64,000 bases of DNA from Antedon mediterranea (Eukaryota > Animalia > Echinodermata): positions 11,160,001-11,224,000 of the forward strand of contig NC_092674.1 in NCBI RefSeq assembly GCF_964355755.1, read 5' to 3'. A program made the translations under genes and the position numbers. Below the pieces are notes generated by a model. The model was not told the DNA's origin and searched no databases. It was given only the letters and a program-made list of their open reading frames with translations. Of this stretch, positions 13,647-28,072 are shown in pieces; position 1 is the stretch's first letter, and the number at the start of each line of letters is the position of its first letter.

Positions 13647-16600
13647 GGTTTGGGTCCAAATTTATTAGTTAGAGCCTTTGTGACATTTGAACATTTTACG
13701 TTTGTGAAGGAACTACAAATACACAATTTGTATGGTCGTATTGTTAATATTTTTTCCTCCTCTATTGAGCGAACTGGGTTTAATTATTCATACAAGTTCA
13801 TTTCTCGTCCAAAAAACTATCCATAACCCTATTACTCTGAACAGCAGTCTCGTTGCTAAGATGCAAATGCAAGTTTCGAAGAACAGACTGCTTTTAACCT
13901 TTCATTGACCTAATGTGGATTTTAAAGAGTAATTATTTACATTTACGCATTGTAAAATTAATGTACTTACTACTACAGTACTTAAAAGCATGCGAGCAGA
14001 GAGATAAATGAGTGGGAAAAGAGGGGAAAAGTCAGTCATTAAACAAAATCATGTAAATGCCATCATAACCCATAGTGCAATGTTGTCATTAAGGCCAAAT
14101 TAAATCACCCACTCTTTTCCTCTCTTCCAACAACAAAACATATCTGCCTGAAATTTAATTAACAATTGTACAGGTGTATTTTGTGGTCTTAGTTTAGAAT
14201 ATACAAACTCAAAGATTGTACAAAAACACCCTTTAGTTTTCTAAAACTAAAAAAACAACCGTTTAATAAAATACCAGTTCCTTAGTTACAGTTAGGATAT
14301 ATCATTACTTTAATGTGTATATTTACAATTTTTTAATGATCACATTCTTTCAATACATATGCATGCCTATAAAGTTGTAAAAAAATGTATAACGTGACTG
14401 GTTAAATATTAAATTATTACACTTCTTGTTTGTGGGAGGCAGAATTATAATAAATGTGCCATAAATATGTTTAAGGTGAAATATACTGTCAGAAAAATAT
14501 ATTGACTTCAGGTTAAAAAGAAAACCTATGAGGGATCAGATGAGGATCTTTAAAGGTATTGGAACAGCTGAGCTGACTTGATAAATAAAAAAAAAGTGCA
14601 GTGATTTTTAATATTAAACTGTAGTACTTCTTCCTTAAAATTAAGATTCAGTATCTTAAGCAAAAGTTGGGCAAATCACCTTTTGTTGTTTAAGATTGAA
14701 GATAAAATGTTCTTCATTATTTTTTTATTTTATTTTTTTGTCATTAATGGGTTGTCTTTGGTTAGCCTATTTCCTGCTTTAGAGTCTAGATGATCACCTG
14801 TACTAGAAAAGGACATAATAGGAGGTACTCGGTATGAGATGCACATTTAACCCTTAAGCCTTGTTCGCACTTTAAAACTGGTAAATTTAACCATTAAGTA
14901 ACTTTACCAAAGGTAATTAATAATGCTGTACGCGCAATTTGACGTGAATCTGAACTGGAGCCGGACGGGAGTCTGTGTGAAAGACCCTTTATTGAATACA
15001 AATAAACTATTTCATTTTCTTGAATTAAAATACAGTACGAGTGTAAATATTATGTATTCAGATATGATTCCATTTCATTTCCTAATTCCTGTTAGTCCAG
15101 TAGGATTGTAATCTATTAACACATTATGTTATCTAGCTACTACACAGAATCATAATTTATTCGTTTATTCAACTGGCCTACCTCTGAGTAGGTCTTTAGT
15201 ATGAATTCCAAAATAACTATCTTTGAACATGAATTTGATTCATGAAAAGAAATAAATCCTATGATATTGAAGAACTGCATAAAAAGTACATTATTAAACA
15301 AAATATTTCCTAAAACGCTAGAAAATTCAGAAATAAATGTTTGCAATAAGTCATTTTCTTCAGTCTCATTATTTCAAGTGATAATTAAACGTATCTATGT
15401 ACTTTTGCTAATAAGATAGAATTTCTTTGTGTCTTTTTTATTTTAAATTCCCTAATTTTCAATTATAATGTTAGATACATAATATGTTACATTTTATTTT
15501 AGTTTCAACTCGTTGTTGGTATCAGTAATGTTGTGAAGTTCACAATATCAAGCCGAGTTCATATTTTAAGCAAACAATGTGTAACAAAATGGCAACCTTC
15601 AAAAGATAATGTAATAAAGTTGTTTTATATTAAATCCATATTTTTGCCGAATAATTAATATCTTAAATAGTACACATCAAATTGGCTTAATATTCAACAT
15701 GAATAGAAATACATGTCAATACTCTACTGTATCTCTCATAAATTTTGTTAGAAATATTCACTCTTAATATTTTACAGCATTATTTTAATGCAATACAAAA
15801 TGCTGGTATACAGAGTTTTATATAAAAGTTATAGACTTGCAAAACCTTATTGTTTAGGAGCGATATTAGAAGTAAAGACGCAAACAAAGAGTGTTATAAT
15901 AAGGAGATGCAACAAAGGAATTGATAATGTACATTTTCCTCTGGAACTTAAAAAAAAAATAGAAGCTTCAGTCAACACAAAGAACACAACCATTAAATAC
16001 TGCCTCAAGCAGAATAAAAATAAACCAAAATTATAAAAGCATAAAATATAATGTACAGGGGGAGGGAGAAAAGACAAAGGAAAAGCTTTTTAATAAAAAT
16101 ATTGCTTGTATCATAGAAACACCTGTTTTGTTGTCTATATGACAATGATTTCAAACCATTTGGTCATTTGGTAACATATCCAGCAACATTATTTTCAATA
16201 ATTATCACTTATAAAAACATTAAAGCAATTTTGATGGCAGGTTGCTTTTAAACGACATTTTTTGTTCTCTAAATTTTACGTTACAAATAACAATACGCTC
16301 AAACAGAACCACCATTCAGAGGCTGCCGGCCAAGCTTGGAGTATTTTTCATCAACTATTTTTTAAAGTGAAATTGAAAAACTAAAATCCATTACAGTTTG
16401 AATATTATAAAATTATTGTTAAAACACATTTTCCACAATCAAAAGCATCATTGAAACTTGCTTTTTAGAAACTGTGGATTCTAATGAAGTACTGTAAATG
16501 CAATAATTGCCAAATCAAAATGTGTTACAATCTCAGAGGAATGTACATATACTAATTATTCCAATTAACCAATAATAAATCAAGTGAGAAATTTATAAGA

Positions 16601-19098
16601 AATATATGTATATTAAATGGAATTTGACACTGACAGGAGATATTAATTGATTGTTAAACGGTAAAGATAAATAGAGAATAAGAGCCACCTCAACCGAGAT
16701 TTTCACTTGAAACCTTCTTGATGTGCAGACATCCTACCCATTAGACAACTTTCATGGCATGGTTCAAATTTCGAGTGGATAGTCACTCTTTAACACCTCC
16801 GGCGTGGTAAGGTGGAACAACATTAAAAATATGAATTAATCCACAATTAAAAAATAAATTCATTGAAAATTTAATAGTAACTTTAATATGAAAAATAGAA
16901 GAATGTAGAGTACGCCAATATTGAAAATAATAAGCTACTCAATTCGAAAAAAATGCTATCAAAAATATATTACATAATAATCTCATAATAATAAGTAACT
17001 TTAATGCACTCACAATTAGGTAGTCTTAACTATATATTTCACATTCCTGTGTAAAACATTCTCCAAAAGACGCAGAAGATCAAGTTCTTATCTCAACAGT
17101 CGGTGTAGCTATTAAAGACAATTACATCATCTACTAGTCAATATCCTTGCCGCTGTATAATTTCCCAATAATATCTGCCACAAATAGTCAGTGATCCTAT
17201 TCGTTGCGGAAATCGTCAAGAGGCCGTACAAATCATCGTGATATTCTCTCAGAATCAACCATTCACAGTGCAATGCATACTTTTAAATGATATTGATAAA
17301 TCAGTTTGCAGAAACAAAAGGAAATTTTCGAATGAGCCTACACAATAACTGCTTGAGAGCACACGTCAAACCTTCCTTTAAATATGCACGAATAGAATAC
17401 TAAAAAAAAAAAGGAGGCCATTTTGCAATAATTGTTGTAGCTAGCAATTGTAGAAAAGGTATACCCATGGGGAAAATAAACCGTAGACACGTGAGTATGT
17501 GGACGAAATGTCAGCAAGTTTAGCATCTGTTTGCGTATTTCTCTCCAACACCAATTTGTGTATTGCATATCACAAAACAGATTTTGTTTTTATTTGTAAT
17601 AAATCTCAAACATTATGTTAAAAACAAAGCAAATTATATCGCACGATATACAGTAATAGACTGTAATAAAGCAAGAGACTGGTGAGGGAGTAGAGTCATT
17701 TCATAAGGTAATATTGTTGTCGTGTATCATAAAAGTAAAAGAAAATAGGCCTGTCTGTTAGGACTCCACATTGTCTGGGGACGAGGGTTAAGGAACAGAG
17801 AAATGTTATCACTCCCCACATGACACCATTACAAAAAAAATCTTAACAAATTTCAAAGCAACACAGAAATATATATCCATATGATATGTACCATTGTATT
17901 AATTTGGTATATAAAACCAGGTCCCTGCGGGGACTGAGGTTCCTATTTGTGAGAGGTTTAATTTCAATAAATATGTATTTACTGTTTCTGGTTTTTACTA
18001 TTTTAGCTATGGTAAATACAAAAATAATTGTGTACTACTTAACATAGACTAAATTCTTCTTCAACATTAATTAAGTATTACTATAGAGTTTCATTTCCAG
18101 AAATTGTAAGAATTAAATTAGTATGTAACTGAGCAATTCGCGGAAGTCATTTAGCCTCTAGCCTACGCCAACACTTTAGTGAATATTGACAGGTTTAGAG
18201 GATTAGGACAGCAGCACTTAAGTGATAATGTGTTCATTATCAAATGTAAAGTTCATTGATTTTAACAAAGAAACAAATTGCATAAGCAAACTAAAACAAG
18301 GAAATTTATTCAAGAAAAATAACAAAAGTAAATTTATTAGTTTTCATATCAATTTCAGTTTTGTAATTACAGATAGAATATAACATTTTTTTAGTTCCCT
18401 TTTGTTTTGATGGATTTTGATCTTTTATGATTTTAGTTTGTATCTGAAAAATTGGTCTATATATTCATTTAACTTTTAGGCTTCGTAAGAAAAATAATTT
18501 TTATCCAAAATGTTACCCATTGGGTACATGTTTTCTTCTCCAAGGGTAATGCTAATATTCAATTTTCCTCATAAATTCAAAGATATTTTTGATTAAATGG
18601 CAAAATAAACAACCATTACCCGGTCTCTCATTGCTTTTTTCTCTGATTTTAAAACTAAATTTAATTGATACTTTTAGACTACTTCAGAATATTACAAGTT
18701 CAATCCTAATGTTTAATTCTCAAATATTATTTCCCTTTTTCATAACGATTAAAAATTGATGGCTTAAATCAACTTTGTGTGAAATGATGAATGATAGGAT
18801 TAATGACAAAATGAATAAATTATAAAGGAAATGATAAACCTAGTACTTAATCATGAATAATAAAAGAATATGAAAATAAACAGACAAGGTAAGTATGAAA
18901 TAGATGGAAATGGATAATATTGTCAGAAAATAATGATTCGATGTCTGATACATTTAATCACAATTAAAATGTTCCTAATGAAGTTTGAATGCAGCACAGT
19001 GAAGGTTGAGAACTTGACTTGCAATGCAACAACTTTAACAACATTGAATATCTGCCTCATTTTTAAAAGGTCACACAAATTTAGAATACTAACACTAA

Positions 19099-19740
19099 GA
19101 GCGCGTTTATACAACACGCTATTACACGCATATTCAACATGCCTACGAAAAGTGTGTTGTATAACATCGAAGAGATTCCGTGTAATGAGATTTTAATTGC
19201 AAAAAAGGCTACTTGACTGAATCCTAAAATTTTGTGGATTCCCGGTTGCTGTTGGCGTGTTGGAGGTGTCCTCAGGGTATTGTTTTGACCTCTCGTTAAA
19301 TAAAAGTATGTGCTGTGAAAATGTTGACCAAATCTAGTAGATAATTGTGCCTTTTTTGTATATTTTAACCGATTTAGCACTTAACATTAACGCTAATCAA
19401 CTTGGCATAATTTGGCAAAATGTAGCATAGTTTTATCCTAATTTTAAAACATTTTTTTTTTTCTAATTTCAAAAGCAGATTTAAAAAATCAATAACTGAA
19501 TATGCTAAATTTAATAAAAATAAAACGAAATCATCCTTTATTAAAATCCTTAATAGAAACTCATATTAATTCATAATGCATGTGAGTATATATACAACTT
19601 AGAATTATGAACTACGGTATAATACGGTATTACGATTTAATGTATAACTGCAAGGTTTTTGTGGGGTTGACCTCGGCCCGTGCAAAACGCTCTAAAAATT
19701 AAAGACGTGTTCAAATTTAGGGTGTTGTATAAACACAGCC
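19099..19740. mobile_element. Tourist/Harbinger-like MITE
   Basis: Imperfect 19-bp TIRs sharing gtttatacaacac / gtgttgtataaac, with TAA directly flanking both ends. Confidence 0.65.
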
Positions 19741-21068
19741 TAACAGACCCTTAGATCGTCGTCTAATCACGTAAATTAAAGGAGCATGCAAATTTTGGGC
19801 TTAAAGTACATGCAACTGTGTAAAAAATGTCAAAAATAAACTTAAAACACAATCTCAGAAATGTTTTGTCTATACATCTTAAATATTATTAATTTATAAT
19901 TGACAACATTCTTTCTATTAATTAAGTTAGAACCTTTCCATTTTAAAGTAATTCCATATATATATTTATGTGATGCTAGGGTCATCCTAAAGTAACATGC
20001 ACCTAACTTTGATAATAATATTATATTTGTTTCAAAGCAGACTTAATTATTATACGAGTATCACAGTATAGTTGAATCTTATCAATATTTTATCGTGATG
20101 ATTATTACAACCAAAACTGTGTGTATGTATACGCTTGAGTTAAAGTCACGGTTCGGGATCTTACTCGTAATAACTTACCAGGTCAAGGTAAGACAACATA
20201 CTGAAGAATCTACAACAAATTTTTAAACATTTAATTATAGTATGACCAAGTACTTACATAATTTGCCAAAAATTAGGGCTGGAATTATACACGGATTGCA
20301 ATAACAATGTGTATAAATTTATACTGAATAAGGTGGGGGGAAGAGGGGAAGAGAGATTATACTTGACCATGTGATTATACTCGGTCATATTTAGTATTTA
20401 TTTATTTTTGTATAATCGCCAATTATGTTGTAATTCTTTGTATTATTGTGTGATAAAGAAACAATAACTACAAATAATGTTTGTAAAAAATAAGCTATTA
20501 AAGGGAAAAATAAAATCGAAGAAATAGAGATGTAAAACATAAGTACACGATATAGGACATATTCTATTGTCATGAGTACAATAAAACAAATAAAAATGCT
20601 ATAGTGTGATGTCCTCTGGCACCATGCCAATAATCATAAAATCATATCTATATAAAATGATTCAGGATATTAATATTATAGAAAATAGATAGAGGAAGGA
20701 AAGAAGAAGTAATAAAGAAAATTATTTATTTTAGGAAGTATTCCTTTTTGGTTATTAATAACAATTAATACAGTATTGATCAGGTTGGGTTCACACGTAT
20801 AGAGTTTAAAAGCATGCACATGGAGAGCTGATCCAAAAAATATCCCTGTTACAACCGCCATATAAGTGTAGTGCTTGTGTATCCAGTACCTATCTCTGTG
20901 GGTCTGTGTCATTAACTCTGATACAGCTTCGATAGGTTTGGAGGTACATCCAATGTAACTTAACTCCGATAGGTTTGGAGGTAGGCCTACATGTTAGCCA
21001 ACGGAACAATAGAAATAACTAAGAGTATTAACCAATCATATGGTACAAATTTAAATATGCAGCATATA

Positions 21069-21755
21069 CCGTATTGTTCCTAATAAACGCCCCACCCCTA
21101 ATAAACGCCCCCTTCAGTTTCCTAATTAACACACCTTAGTGCCCAATCTATAATAACAGAGGATTCTCACGTTTAGAATTGGTTTTCAGCCTGGAAAGTC
21201 ACATATTTCAGCTACTGTGATAACACTAACAGTGCGACAAACAAGTAGGCCTACACCGGGCGCGTAGGGTAATTCGCGCGTGTAGGACACTGGACGTTTT
21301 TTTTAAATTCGCGACAACATACATCGCTGGTCTTTAAAAACCAGGAAAACAACGGGGATCAGACAATCGCATGTTTATCCACACAACACGGAATTGATAC
21401 AAGGCGTCTGGTTCATGAAGATCTTTCGAGTTGTTAGAACTTTTCATCAAGTTGAGGGCGGATGTCAATAAACTACGATAAACATGCTGTTTCTGTTGTG
21501 AGGAGGGATGCTGCATCGTCGGCCAATTGCCACAAGAGCAATCCAAGATTTAGAATTTTTTTTTTAAACATAAAGGCGAAGTAAAAATAAAAATTACAGC
21601 TAAACACAGGCACAGTAGCATAGCAGGGGGTTTGGATGTACCCTGTGAACTTATTTGTTGCACACCCAAAAAAACATTGATTGACCGTCTGAAGCAACTT
21701 GTTTAGGGTAGGCCTTATATACAGGCCTCGGCTCTATTTATTAGGAACAATACGG
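21069..21755. mobile_element. Tc1/mariner-superfamily (pogo/Tc2-like) MITE
   Basis: Perfect 19-bp TIR ccgtattgttcctaataaa / tttattaggaacaatacgg, TA on both sides, and a duplicated subterminal cctaataaacgcccc. Confidence 0.85.
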
Positions 21756-21770
21756 TAACAGGTAATACCA

Positions 21771-21862
21771 GATTTTTGTGTTTATTAGTTAAAATATGAT
21801 GAAATGTGTTTAATCGACATTAAACACATTTCATCATAGTTTAACTTATAAACACAAAAATC
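21771..21862. repeat. Near-perfect palindrome/hairpin (44-bp arms, 4-nt loop)
   Basis: The arms gatttttgtg...gtgtttaat and attaaacac...cacaaaaatc pair with only 2 mismatches; the loop is cgac. Confidence 0.95.
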
Positions 21863-22283
21863 AGGTGACCAGGTTAACATGTATTTAAATACTATAGGCA
21901 ACAATCACACCATGATCTTTAACATGTGAGATAAGAAATTATGAATAAACTTGTTTTAAACCACAATTGAAATAGACAAATTTGTGTAGTGACAAATAAA
22001 AAAAATTATGACTTTTGGGAAATTGGGATTAATAAGTACAGATGATTAAAGATGATTTGATGCATGCAATACAATCAATAATTGACGCAGTTATCAATCT
22101 AAAACAAACCTAAGTTGTTGAATTAGAAAAGTGATGAAAACCATACAAGTACAGAGATCCCCCACCCATTAAAAGACATGCTTAGTTACTTGTTCAGTGA
22201 AGCTAGTTATAGTAAAAGAGTTAAATAGTAAATGGTAATAATGATATTGTTCATGATTGACTGCAATCCAAATGATAGCACAA

Positions 22284-22410
22284 ATTTAAGATGGGTTGCA
22301 AATTATTTAGGGTGGGTTGCGAGAGATTTAGAGTGAATTGTAGCAAGGATAGGTTGCAAAGGATTAATTTGGATTGTAACAATTAGATTTAAGATGGGTT
22401 GCAAAAGATT
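22284..22410. repeat. Degenerate ~21-bp minisatellite
   Basis: About six diverged units of atttaagatgggttgcaa. Confidence 0.6.
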
Positions 22411-23585
22411 TATTTATTTTAGATATATTAAGTAAACAGTATAGTTTATGTGCTTGTTCATAATTGGAATGCTTCATAATTAAACATACATTGACCAATC
22501 AGTGATGTATTAAATGCACTGGGTTTAATGTGCTTTGAAGAAGCTTGCTATTTTCCTTAATGCACATGGCTAACTGTGTTGGCACATGGTTTTCTGTGCT
22601 CTTAGTTTTAATTTCATGAATTTCAAAATGCTTGTCTTGGGACAAGAGGATACGTCAAATGTGGTTGTCCGACCGTAAAAAACACTTGTCCCGGGCGTCG
22701 GGCAAGTGGGTTCGCTCAGCCCTGTTCATAATTGATAATTGGAATGCTTCATAATTAAACATATACTGGTACTTACAAAATAATTATTTTATTTCAATAA
22801 TAATATCTGTTTTTAGAAGAGATAAGACAATAAAACTCAATCTAGATTTTCCACTTTTTTCTGAATAAACTACTGTATTTTTAAAAAGTGACGATGAAAT
22901 TCTCTTAAGAATAGAATCATCTATAGTGTACATTAAGATGTTACTTATTTATGCAATTTTGATGAAGCGGATCAGCGGGTATGGATGGCACGTTTTGTTC
23001 TCGACGTGACTTGTGATTATAATGTAAGCAACTTCTGAGCAACAGTAAAATAGCCTGGATCAACCGTTCACCTTGAACACAGTTGTAGCATGGACTTTCA
23101 CGAAACAAACGTATCTACATTGATTATTTCCAGTAGTATGCGTAACATGTTATTATTGTCCCTTGATGCGTGGTGGTGATTTCATTTGGAAATTATACTT
23201 AATTCAAATAGAGGCTGTAATTTAGTATATTGACATAAAGTCACCTTTTAAGAAAATATTTCCGAAATAAAAATAATGATGTGTCGATATTGAATTAAAC
23301 ATTTCATATTAGATTAATGCATGAGCCTTTTAGGACATAAAACTGGCTAGGTGTTTTTGGAATAATTTAAATTATATATGCGGGATCATATGTTTTTTTA
23401 CCTTTATTGTTATGACATATTGTTCATTGAGTTATTCATGCCATGATTATTATAACGCATGTTACGATTGTTTTCTGTCTTAAAAGGTTTAATTAAAAGC
23501 TACCACACACCAGGACAAAATTACAAAAGTTTTTATTCTAGAACTTTAGGATAACCGTGCTGTCTTTGATAAAAATAATATTTAA

Positions 23586-25150
23586 CTAGACATGTAACTC
23601 GTCACTTTGACGAGTTTGGTTATCCGCCGCGCAAGTGGTGAAACATTAACATTAAGGGGATAGGTTGAGGACAAAAGGAAGTGTCCACGTTGGCATTATG
23701 ACCTGAACTGAAGAATATATGTTGTTACCGTAAGCTGAATTTTATTATTTAAATTCATATATAGTATACACAGTATAATCAGTATCCATATCACATACAG
23801 TGTAGAATAGGTGAAATTACGGGACCCGCTATTTATTGCAATTTTTAACATGTTGACGGTTTTAAAATGAAACGCGAAGGTAGCAATTCCGAAAGGAAAT
23901 TATCTCAGCAACAACGTATTAGCGTGTAGAAGAAATTTGAATACGTGAAATATTGATGCGCGCTCTTTTAAATCTAATGAATTATGACGCAAAAGATGAA
24001 AATACGACCTTTTTTATTTAACTGGCCATATGATGACGTCACAACATCCGATTGGCAACATTTTTACATAATTTCGTATCTACAATCCAATAGCTTCCAG
24101 AAAAAGTTTTAATCGTGATTATCACATTTTATTCTTACGAGCTATAACAGATTAAAATTTACTGTATGATGATGAAATTGATGCCACACGTGATTTAAAT
24201 TTTTAGGCATGATGACGTCAAAAAAATTGAAATATTTTTTACTCATGCGAAAGATAGTTGATTGACCCAGACAATATCAAAATCCGGGTGAAAATGAAAA
24301 ACGGATAAGTGGAGATGCACTCTATTCAATGTGATGAGCTATGACGAAAGATACAAAAATCCTAAATTTTATATTCGCGTGGCCATACGATGACGTCACA
24401 ATGTCCGGTTAGCCATATTAATACCTGATCCGATATCTACAACTCATCTACTTCCAGAATATGCCATCCATAAAAAGTTGACCGTCTAGTTTAGAAATTA
24501 CGACTGTTTAAAAAAAGGCATATTTTAAACGAATTTTTTAACCTTTTCATAACAAACGCGCGCAAATTGTCCAATTCGACGTGCTCGTATGACGTATCTT
24601 TAAGTCGAAATTGTTTAACATTTTGTAAAATTACTAGAAAAGGCTGGAAAAACATAAATCACGCGAAAAAAATACGTTTTCAATGCTACGTGCGCACCGC
24701 ACACGTAAAAATGTGCGCACGCGTGGGAATTTTTGACATGCTTAAAACGACATGAAACGCGTAGAAAGTTGATTATAAATTAATTTTGCGCATTTTGAAA
24801 TTTTAAATGCGCGTGCGCGCGTAACTTTGTGTAAAACACGTAATTTTTTTTCAACAGAAAGTTAGCGCATGATATAAATTAAACTTTTGCAAAGTTTCAA
24901 GTTGAAATGTTATTTGGTTGTCGAGCTATGTTAAATACGACAAAATCGTTAAATCGCGCGTAAGTCACGTTGCGCAATTGTAAACGTCATGAAAAGATTC
25001 GCTTGACGACGTTACGTAAATGTCAATATGTTAAGATAGTTACCGAAATGTTATGTTTGCAAGTTTTAGAGAAAAGCGTTACACAAAAATCATACAGAAT
25101 GATTTCGTACAATCACAAGAGGTTATCCTGCAACTTCGTTGCGGATAACC
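23586..25150 (-). mobile_element. Non-autonomous Helitron/Helentron-type (HINE-like) element
   Basis: On the minus strand: a 5' subterminal IR ggttatccgc inside a hairpin, a matching gcggataacc near the 3' end, a 9-bp stem-loop aactcgtca-aag-tgacgagtt, then CTAG. It is inserted in a T-run and has a CpG-rich body with a ~357-bp internal duplication. Confidence 0.75.
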
Positions 25151-28072
25151 AAAAAATCCAATTAAATTATCATGGTCATGATCAATAAAAACAATAAAAT
25201 CATTGTATTGTCACAATATTATTGCTTTTACTATTCATGACGCGTGAAAACAATATTAAGGCAGCATAAATGGTTATCTTATAGTTATAGAATGAAAATG
25301 TTTCTAATTTCTTTTGGTTTATGTATAAAGAAACATACATAATATATCTGGTTAACGTTGATCGTTATCATCCTATGAATTATTGAAATATTTTACCAGT
25401 ACTACTTGTATAATTAGCAATGGATTAACCCTGGCAAACTTTCCAAAATAATCTGAATAATTACTGTATGACTGAGAATATGAAATTTGGTGAAAATTAG
25501 GGGGCCAAAATCTTGTATTCAAATTTTATCTGAAATTAGGGAAGCATGGGATTATATTTGGTCATAATAAATACAAAAATAAACTGAAAATTCATGTAAT
25601 TTTCTGTCTATAAATTTAACAAATTCTAAAAATAAACAAAACTAATCTATAAACCGCTCAACAAAAATCTTCAAAGTAAAATATTATCAACAAATTTCTT
25701 TGAAACATTAAAATTCTGGACCGAGTTCTGCGTAATTCATACGTTTGTATCGGTATACAAATTTCATTTTAGAGTGTAACATTAGAGGATTGAAAAGATT
25801 TCGTCTGAAAATAATCATCATAATTTATATAAACTCTATGTAACATTAGATTATGGATTTTCTGTTTCTGTCACATTTTATTCAGCTTTTGATGTTCAGA
25901 TTAAAATCGCTGCTTCTTTTTGACATCAAAATTAATCATTAGGTCCAACGTAAAAGATTTTCATCAAAGATAATACCCAGCGGCCATTTGTGTTGTATAT
26001 CGATGTAGAATTTGCATTGTGTACATAAACAATGTCTAGTGAAGTAACATGCAAAGGTAATCTATAAGATCTTAATAATATTTAAAATATAATCTAGCCT
26101 AGAGTAAGCCCATCAGGTATATACCCCCTTCTTGTGTATAAGCGCACTTAAATGGACATACAGTACTGTAAGCCCTTTTTTAGAGTAAAGCCCACTTTTG
26201 AAGCCTATGTTGTGTTTAAGCCTACCCTGGGGTAAGCTCACAAACGCTTATCTTGGGGTAGCCAATTTAGGTAATAAAGCCAAGCTTTTATTCCATAGTT
26301 ACATCAATCCACTACATCATGAATCCACTACATTTTTTTTCTTTGAGTTTTAATAAGGTATGTCTGCACATTGTGTTCAAAGCGTGTGTGCTGTTACTCG
26401 ACTCAGTACAGCAAGCTTCACAAATTGTTAGACATCCATGACACTGTCAAATTGTTTCAATAAAAGTCTATTTTAATGAGAATTTTGTAATTATTATTTT
26501 ATTTTATCTTATTAATTACGATGTTACAATTTATATTGCAAAAATAAAAGCGGCGGTATTCGGATGAGAAGTCTGGTAATATATTAGAAACGTCAGAAAA
26601 AAATCAATAAAATTGAATAATGGCAAAAACATATATTTTTTAAAGTAGACGATTAAATGCAACCAATACATCATTGATACCGACTTCCTCTCATCAGACA
26701 TGAAGCCAACCATATTAACATTTTTTCATCAAATATGTTGGATCACCTTAACTGCAGTAAATACATTGGAAAAGATCATAAGTTCAGCACATTGGTTATA
26801 TATTTTTAAGCCCTACATAAACCTCCTTCCCCATTTAAAAAACATATCTGCCACTGTTAGTGATAGTAAGACAATGGACCTATAATTGATTATAGGTGGC
26901 AAACAAAATTGGTTGGTACCTATAATTTGATTTTGGGCTGGTGCTACATACATGCATATATATCTGAAAATTAATGTAATGTATTTATATAGCGTATTCC
27001 ATAAACAATTTTCGACTCAGTGCGCTGTGGACTTAGTCTTACTGTAGATGTTATACTTTCCAAGTACATGCTTCCCCAAAGGGTCACGTCATATCAGTGC
27101 TGACAACTATGGTGCTATTACGTCTGTCCACGAAAGAATTTCTTCTTTTCGTAATTGTATCCTCTCCTTGTCAGTTTATCCAGATAAGCTAGTTTAATAA
27201 AGATAGCTATTGGAAGAATGAAGAAAGAAAACCAAAATACCCTATTGAAGACCAAAATACAATTGTAAACGTTAAATAAAGGAAGATCTACAAAATATAA
27301 GCATTATATTAACTACAAACCATTCTGTCCTAAATAGAACTGGAGAAAAGAGTGCAAAGTGTAATTTCGCATGACGGAACATGTTAAAGAAGATCATTTC
27401 GTAACTCGTATTAAATCTGGAAAGTTTTAAAACTGAAATAAAATAATTTTAAATTAGAATCAATTTAAGATACAAGATTATATGTTCATTTTCTATATTG
27501 ACCATTCAAGTTAATATGCAAGGCATGCAGGCAGTCAATCGTAAATAAAAAATCGACAAAAATATTCGACCAACTGAAAGCCTGTTTGGAGGAATAAAGT
27601 TGACAGATATATGCCACAGTCGCGTAGTATGTCCTTCGTATCGAACCTATAATTAACCCTTACATAGCCATCTGCGTGTATATGTAAAAATGGAAACACG
27701 AGAAGATAAAATGAATTGATTTTAGTGTTTTACGTTTGGAATAGCTAACAGAACATTTGTAGAAAAAAAAGAAACAGTAAAAATACACGAAAATATACAC
27801 CAGATAAAATTATCCTGATATGATTATATATATAAATAAATATCTTAATGTATTTGTATGTAATTGTAAAAACATTGTTTGAAATCCTAAGTCATATATC
27901 TAGTTATATTTAGTCCTTTTTGTAAGTATAAATTTCTTTATTATAATTGGAGATAAAAAAAGGAAAATAAAATATCTAAAAGCCGCTGTTTGTTTAACTC
28001 TCACTATTAAGTGCCATTATAAATTGCTGCTGCCACAAAATTAGTGTTTATAATTGGAAGTCAATAATCTAA

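Noticed and set aside
17125-17280. ~50-codon open minus-strand frame (YALHCEWLILREYHDD...)
   Set aside because: No convincing acceptor, start codon or recognisable homology.
20179-20209. Possible 31-nt microexon with stop (ttgttgtag| ... CTG|gtaagt)
   Set aside because: Signals of this strength occur by chance in a 37-kb AT-rich intron.
26561-26600. Hammerhead-like words (ggatgagaag...gaaacgtcag)
   Set aside because: Core and stem II do not assemble.
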